A DNA stretch of 64,000 nucleotides from assembly GCA_038323465.1 (NCBI GenBank), contig JBBQGX010000002.1:132-64131 (forward strand), given 5' to 3'. The notes under the pieces are model-generated. The model did not search any database. It was not told where the DNA came from and was given only the letters and a program-made list of their open reading frames with translations. Below, in pieces: positions 60,186-64,000 of this stretch. Made by a program: the position numbers and the translations under genes. Numbering within the stretch: the stretch's first letter is position 1; every line of letters begins with the position of its first letter. Source of the stretch: Minisyncoccia bacterium. GTDB lineage: Bacteria; Patescibacteriota; Minisyncoccia; Phycocordibacterales; UBA9973.

Positions 60186-60611
60186 ATGCCTACAATTAAC
60201 CAATTGGTTCGCAAGAGCCGTAAAATAATCAAAAGAAAATCTAAAGCTGTGGCTTTGGCTCGTGGTTTTAATTCTATTAAGAACAAACCTGTATTTTACC
60301 CAGCTCCATTTAAACGCGGAGTTTGTACAAAAGTTTCAACAACTACTCCTAAGAAACCTAACTCCGCTCTCCGAAAGATTGCTCGTGTTAGACTTACTAA
60401 TGGAATGGAAGTTACAGCTTATATTCCAGGAGAAGGACACAACCTACAAGAACACTCAGTTGTCATGATTCGTGGAGGCCGTGTGAAAGACTTGATTGGA
60501 GTTCGATACCACATTGTTCGCGGACGTCTCGATACTACAGGGGTAGAGAAGCGCCGACAATCAAGAAGTCTCTACGGTACAAAGACACCAAAAGCAGCAG
60601 CAAAAAAATAA
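60186..60611 (+). CDS. rpsL: 30S ribosomal protein S12
   Basis: [10 protein letters not shown]...[12 protein letters not shown]...[30 protein letters not shown]. The ATG at 60186 is the true start, not the track start at 60120. Confidence 0.95.
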   Translation: MPTINQLVRKSRKIIKRKSKAVALARGFNSIKNKPVFYPAPFKRGVCTKVSTTTPKKPNSALRKIARVRLTNGMEVTAYIPGEGHNLQEHSVVMIRGGRVKDLIGVRYHIVRGRLDTTGVEKRRQSRSLYGTKTPKAAAKK

Positions 60612-60639
60612 TTACCTATTACTGATTACTAATTACTAA
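60612..60639 (+). repeat. Heptamer array TTACCTA TTACTGA TTACTAA TTACTAA in the rpsL-rpsG spacer
   Basis: Begins at the base after the rpsL TAA and ends 6 nt before the rpsG ATG. Confidence 0.8.
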
Positions 60640-60645
60640 ATAAAT

Positions 60646-61116
60646 ATGCGAAGAAAAATAACAAATCGAAATATAGTAGATCCAGATATAATGTATAACT
60701 CTCAAAAACTTGGGAAGTTTATTAACAATATCATGATGCACGGAAAGAAGGAGACCGCTCGTAAGTCTGTCTACAAAGCTTTTGAAATAATCAAAGAAAA
60801 GACTGGTAATCCAAATCCTCTTGAGATATTTGATACTGCTATCAAGAATGCAGGACCAACAGTTGAAGTTCGTTCGCGTCGTATTGGTGGTGCAAACTAC
60901 CAGGTTCCTCGTGAAGTTCGACCAGAGAGAAGAACAGCTCTCGCAATGCGTTGGATAATCAATGCTGCTCGAAGTAAGAAAGGAGCACCTATCCACATGA
61001 AGCTTGCCGAAGAATTGATACTTGCTTCAAAAAATGAAGGAATAGCAATCAAGAAACGTGATGATACTCATAAGATGGCAGAGAGTAATAAAGCATTCGC
61101 CCATTTTGCTTGGTAA
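60646..61116 (+). CDS. rpsG: 30S ribosomal protein S7
   Basis: GKKETARKSVYKAFEII...VEVRSRRIGGANYQVPREVRPERR...AESNKAFAHFAW. Confidence 0.95.
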   Translation: MRRKITNRNIVDPDIMYNSQKLGKFINNIMMHGKKETARKSVYKAFEIIKEKTGNPNPLEIFDTAIKNAGPTVEVRSRRIGGANYQVPREVRPERRTALAMRWIINAARSKKGAPIHMKLAEELILASKNEGIAIKKRDDTHKMAESNKAFAHFAW

Positions 61117-61137
61117 CCTTAAGGTAGTACTTAAAAG

Positions 61138-61163
61138 AAAAAATTCCCTTAAGGGAATTTTTT
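61138..61163 (+). terminator. Spacer-less palindromic terminator after rpsG
   Basis: aaaaaattccctt / aagggaatttttt followed by a T run. Confidence 0.75.
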
Positions 61164-61322
61164 TGTTTAAGTATATATATATAGATTAAAATATTTTCTA
61201 TAATTTACCGGTTCAACGCTATCGCGTAAAACTGGTAAATTGGAGGAATAATACTTTTTTAAAAAAATGGAGAGTTAAGATCTAGTTAATACAGAGATAA
61301 AACATTGTTAAGATAGAGTTTC

Positions 61323-61350
61323 TTGACAATAATTACAGAAAGAATAACAT
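61323..61350 (+). promoter_or_regulatory. Candidate promoter TTGACA-16-TAACAT
   Basis: Consensus -35 at 61323-61328. About 36 nt upstream of the ATG at 61387. Confidence 0.35.
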
Positions 61351-61386
61351 AAAGAAAAATTGAAATTTTAACTCAAAATTTAATAT

Positions 61387-61788
61387 ATGAGAAAAATAAT
61401 TGAAGATCCAAAAGATATAATTGGTGGGATGCTAGTTATTGTTGTTGATTTGTATGGCGAAGAAAAAACTTTTTTTGTTCTCAAGACTCATCTTGGTCTT
61501 ACTGAAAAAGAAGACCAAAAAATGTTAGAAGGTTATTATGATTTTCAAATTTTTGATAATATAAAACTTATAACGACTGACATTGAACGAGCCCAAAGGA
61601 TTTTATTTAAAGAGAAGAATATAAAAGAATATCTCTTTTGTACAGAAGAACAAGAAAAAGAATTTGTAGATTCTTTGAATAAAGAATTAATTCTTTATGA
61701 GGATCAATCATTGATAGATCTTCAAAATGATATTACTAAAATCAGATCTGTTATTTCTATTTTTATTAAAAAAAGAAAAAATGTATAA
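61387..61788 (+). CDS. Hypothetical protein (133 aa) inserted between rpsG and fusA
   Basis: Clean ORF with no recognisable motif. Has its own promoter-like and terminator-like signals. Confidence 0.55.
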   Translation: MRKIIEDPKDIIGGMLVIVVDLYGEEKTFFVLKTHLGLTEKEDQKMLEGYYDFQIFDNIKLITTDIERAQRILFKEKNIKEYLFCTEEQEKEFVDSLNKELILYEDQSLIDLQNDITKIRSVISIFIKKRKNV

Positions 61789-61854
61789 AAAAATTAGTAG
61801 AGTAAAGAAAATTCTTAAAAAATTAAAGGATATCCAATTAATCCTGAAGAAGAA

Positions 61855-61965
61855 ATGAAAAAGATGGAAGAGATGAATGCTTATATGTCTGAAGTTCATA
61901 GAGATTATATTCATAAATCTGCGATGTCGGAAATGAGCGCCAAGGAAGTCATCTTTAACTCCTAA
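61855..61965 (+). CDS. Possible small ORF (36 aa)
   Basis: MKKMEEMNAYMSEVHRDYIHKSAMSEMSAKEVIFNS. Followed 20 nt later by a good terminator. No other support. Confidence 0.2.
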   Translation: MKKMEEMNAYMSEVHRDYIHKSAMSEMSAKEVIFNS

Positions 61966-61985
61966 AAGCTTAAATGGCTTATTGT

Positions 61986-62013
61986 AAAAACCTCAATATT
62001 AACGAGGTTTTTT
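61986..62013 (+). terminator. Rho-independent terminator
   Basis: aaaaacctc-aatattaac-gaggttttt. Confidence 0.7.
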
Positions 62014-62015
62014 GT

Positions 62016-62044
62016 TTGCAAAATTTGATAATTTGTTGTATATT
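62016..62044 (+). promoter_or_regulatory. Candidate fusA promoter TTGCAA-17-TATATT
   Basis: Hexamers at 62016-62021 and 62039-62044. Confidence 0.4.
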
Positions 62045-62053
62045 CTAATACAC

Positions 62054-62078
62054 AAGACGTATACGTCTTTTTATTTTT
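62054..62078 (+). promoter_or_regulatory. Terminator-like palindrome in the fusA leader
   Basis: aagacgta/tacgtctt, a perfect 16-nt palindrome (62054-62069), followed by tttatttttt. Ends about 19 nt before the fusA ATG. Confidence 0.4.
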
Positions 62079-62096
62079 AGTAATTAATTTATATAT

Positions 62097-64000
62097 ATGG
62101 AAAGAGATTATCCTCTAGAAAAAGTTAGAAATTTTGGTATTATTGCTCACATTGATGCTGGTAAAACGACCACTTCAGAACGTATTCTTTATTATACAGG
62201 GGTATCACACAAAATAGGTGAAGTTCATGACGGAGAAGCAACTACTGACTGGATGGAGCAGGAGCGTGAACGTGGTATTACTATCACATCTGCGGCTGTT
62301 ACTTGTTTCTGGACTCCAACTTACGCATTAACCGACAAGACAAAAAAACATCGTTTTAATATTATCGATACACCAGGACACATTGACTTTACGGTTGAAG
62401 TAAAGCGTTCACTACGCGTACTTGATGGAGCTGTTGTAGTTTTTGACGGAGTTGCTGGAGTTGAACCTCAATCTGAAACTAATTGGCGCTATGCTGACGA
62501 AGCTTCCGTTCCTCGAATTTGTTTTATTAACAAGCTCGATCGTATAGGTGCATCATTTGAACATTCATATAAAACTATTCACGAAAGACTTACAAAGAAA
62601 GCTATTCGTATGCAAATTCCAATTGGTTTAGAAGAAAAACATGAAGGAGTTGTGGATTTGCTCAAGATGAAGGCTTATTATTTTGAAGGAGAAATGGGAA
62701 GTAATGTTGTAGAAAAAGAAATTCCTGAAAACATGAAAGCAGATGCTGAAAAATATCATGCTGAACTTATTGAAAAGATAGTGGAGCAAGATGATGTAGT
62801 CATGAATGACTATCTCGAAGGTAGAATTCCAGATATGATAACTCTCAAAAAGCTTATGAGAAAAGGAGTTATTGCCAATGAAATATTCCCAGTGTTTGCA
62901 GGAAGTGCACTGAAGAATAAAGGAGTTCAATTGGTCCTCGATGCTGTTGTTGATTATCTTCCAAGTCCACTTGACATCCCCGCAATTCAAGGTACAAATC
63001 CAGAAACAGATGAAAAAGACGAACGTAAGGCATCAGATGATGAACCTTTTTCTGCTCTTGCATTCAAAGTAGCGACTGATCCATTCGTTGGACAAATAAT
63101 ATTCTTCCGTGTTTATTCAGGTTCTCTTTCTGCGGGAAGTTATATCTATAATCCTCGTACTCGTAACAAGGAGCGTATTGGACGAATCTTGCGTATGCAT
63201 GCAAACGATCGTGAAGAAGTGAAGAAAGTTTATGCTGGAGAAATCGCAGCAGCTGTGGGACTCAAAGATACTATTACTTCAGATACTATGTGTGATGAAG
63301 AGAAGCCAATAGAGCTTTATCGCATAGTGTTTCCTGAACCAGTTATTGATCTACGTGTTGAGCCAAAGACTAAGGCTGATCAAGAGAAAATGGGTATGGC
63401 TCTCAATCGTCTCGCGCAAGAAGATCCAACATTCAAAGTAAAGACTGATCCAGAAACCAACGAAACAATCATCGCAGGTATGGGAGAACTTCACCTTGAA
63501 ATTATTGTTGATCGTATGAAGCGTGAATTTGGAGTTGAAACAAATGTTGGTAAACCACAAGTCGCATATCGTGAGACTATTACAGGTGAAGCTTCAGTTG
63601 AAGGTAAATACATCAAACAATCAGGAGGCCGAGGTAACTATGGACACGTCAAAATTAAAATCAAACCAATGGATCAAACAGTTGATATTAATGATCTTCC
63701 AAAAAACGTCAAGAGAGAAAAAGGATTTGAATTTATTAATACAATCAAAGGAGGTGCTATTCCTACTGAATATATTCCTGCTTGTGAGAAAGGATTCAAA
63801 GAAGGGCTCGATCGGGGAGTACTTGCTGGTTTTAAACTTGAAAATGTTTCCGTTGAACTTTATGACGGATCTTACCATGATGTGGACTCCAACGAAATGG
63901 CTTTTAAAATCGCAGCAAGTATGGCAGTACAGGATGCATGTAAGATGGCTCGTCCTGTTATACTTGAACCTATGATGAAGGTTGAAGTTGTGACTCCAGA
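62097..64000 (+). CDS. fusA: Elongation factor G, 3'-truncated by the window edge (absent from the ORF track because no stop is reached)
   Basis: My own translation from ATG 62097: [35 protein letters not shown]...[17 protein letters not shown]...[11 protein letters not shown]...CFINKLDR... The frame stays open to base 64000. Confidence 0.95.
   Translation, partial: MERDYPLEKVRNFGIIAHIDAGKTTTSERILYYTGVSHKIGEVHDGEATTDWMEQERERGITITSAAVTCFWTPTYALTDKTKKHRFNIIDTPGHIDFTVEVKRSLRVLDGAVVVFDGVAGVEPQSETNWRYADEASVPRICFINKLDRIGASFEHSYKTIHERLTKKAIRMQIPIGLEEKHEGVVDLLKMKAYYFEGEMGSNVVEKEIPENMKADAEKYHAELIEKIVEQDDVVMNDYLEGRIPDMITLKKLMRKGVIANEIFPVFAGSALKNKGVQLVLDAVVDYLPSPLDIPAIQGTNPETDEKDERKASDDEPFSALAFKVATDPFVGQIIFFRVYSGSLSAGSYIYNPRTRNKERIGRILRMHANDREEVKKVYAGEIAAAVGLKDTITSDTMCDEEKPIELYRIVFPEPVIDLRVEPKTKADQEKMGMALNRLAQEDPTFKVKTDPETNETIIAGMGELHLEIIVDRMKREFGVETNVGKPQVAYRETITGEASVEGKYIKQSGGRGNYGHVKIKIKPMDQTVDINDLPKNVKREKGFEFINTIKGGAIPTEYIPACEKGFKEGLDRGVLAGFKLENVSVELYDGSYHDVDSNEMAFKIAASMAVQDACKMARPVILEPMMKVEVVTP

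Noticed and set aside
60619-60996. 125-aa minus-strand ORF opposite rpsG, and the out-of-frame ORF 60262-60468 inside rpsL
   Set aside because: They overlap universally conserved ribosomal protein genes whose frames are unambiguous.
61202-61241. The 12-bp-stem hairpin after rpsG as a riboswitch or sRNA gene
   Set aside because: No recognisable aptamer motif. The only nearby -10-like box (61199-61204) would start transcription inside the stem. It is kept only as part of the description of the rpsG-fusA insert.
62628-63975. Track ORFs 62628-62990(-), 62869-63063(-), 63351-63560(-), 63621-63878(-) and 63523-63975(+)
   Set aside because: All lie within the fusA reading frame (62097 to the window end). 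That frame is missing from the track only because it has no stop in the window.

Overview
AT-rich (roughly one-third G+C by eye, not computed), densely packed chromosomal segment. It holds about 55 protein genes, almost all on the + strand. TAA, TAG and TGA all terminate long ORFs, so the code is standard. Shine-Dalgarno-like sequences are rare, and many ATGs lie 6-9 nt after a TATAAT-like box.

The gene content resembles small-genome Patescibacteria/CPR-like bacteria; this is inference only, no search was possible. Supporting genes are type IV pilus ATPase/platform/pseudopilins, a split ComEC, giant repeat-rich surface proteins, a class II RNR, tpiA-pgk, recJ, rnhA and rpsL-rpsG-fusA.

Gene order:
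- a PG-binding protein tail whose ORF runs off the 5' edge
- a META-domain protein
- ECF sigma with a putative anti-sigma
- ArsR, glutaredoxin and a DUF2892-like protein
- mscL
- a mannoside cluster: cytidylyltransferase-like enzyme, cupin PMI, and three GH130 modules in two genes
- a decayed ABC exporter
- three minus-strand genes: a phosphoesterase, a TerC/DUF475-like protein and a MerR-type HTH protein
- a 3385-aa Asp-box / Calx-beta / FN3-like surface protein, followed by a receiver protein and a MacB-like ABC pair
- three paralogous Cys-rich zinc-ribbon proteins
- a B12 block: an AdoCbl-dependent RNR, a small membrane protein, a cobalamin riboswitch and transcobalamin-like proteins
- a Trx-like protein and DsbB
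- a CutA-like protein
- the pilB-pilC-pseudopilin operon
- tpiA, pgk, recJ and rnhA
- ComEC split around an antisense SOD
- rpmB
- an M50 protease
- a tail-fibre-like protein with an S74 chaperone domain
- rpsL, rpsG, a ~1 kb insert, then fusA, whose ORF runs off the 3' edge and is missing from the ORF track

Most unusual non-coding signals:
- A 33-34 nt GC-rich core, nearly identical at two distant loci. Each copy sits exactly at the centre of an unrelated long palindrome, and one palindrome arm is the end of a CDS.
- A family of 7-nt-periodic TTACYRA / AAGTAAT arrays that fill short intergenic spacers.
- A short-form cobalamin riboswitch.

No rRNA, tRNA, CRISPR array, transposase or integrase was recognised.
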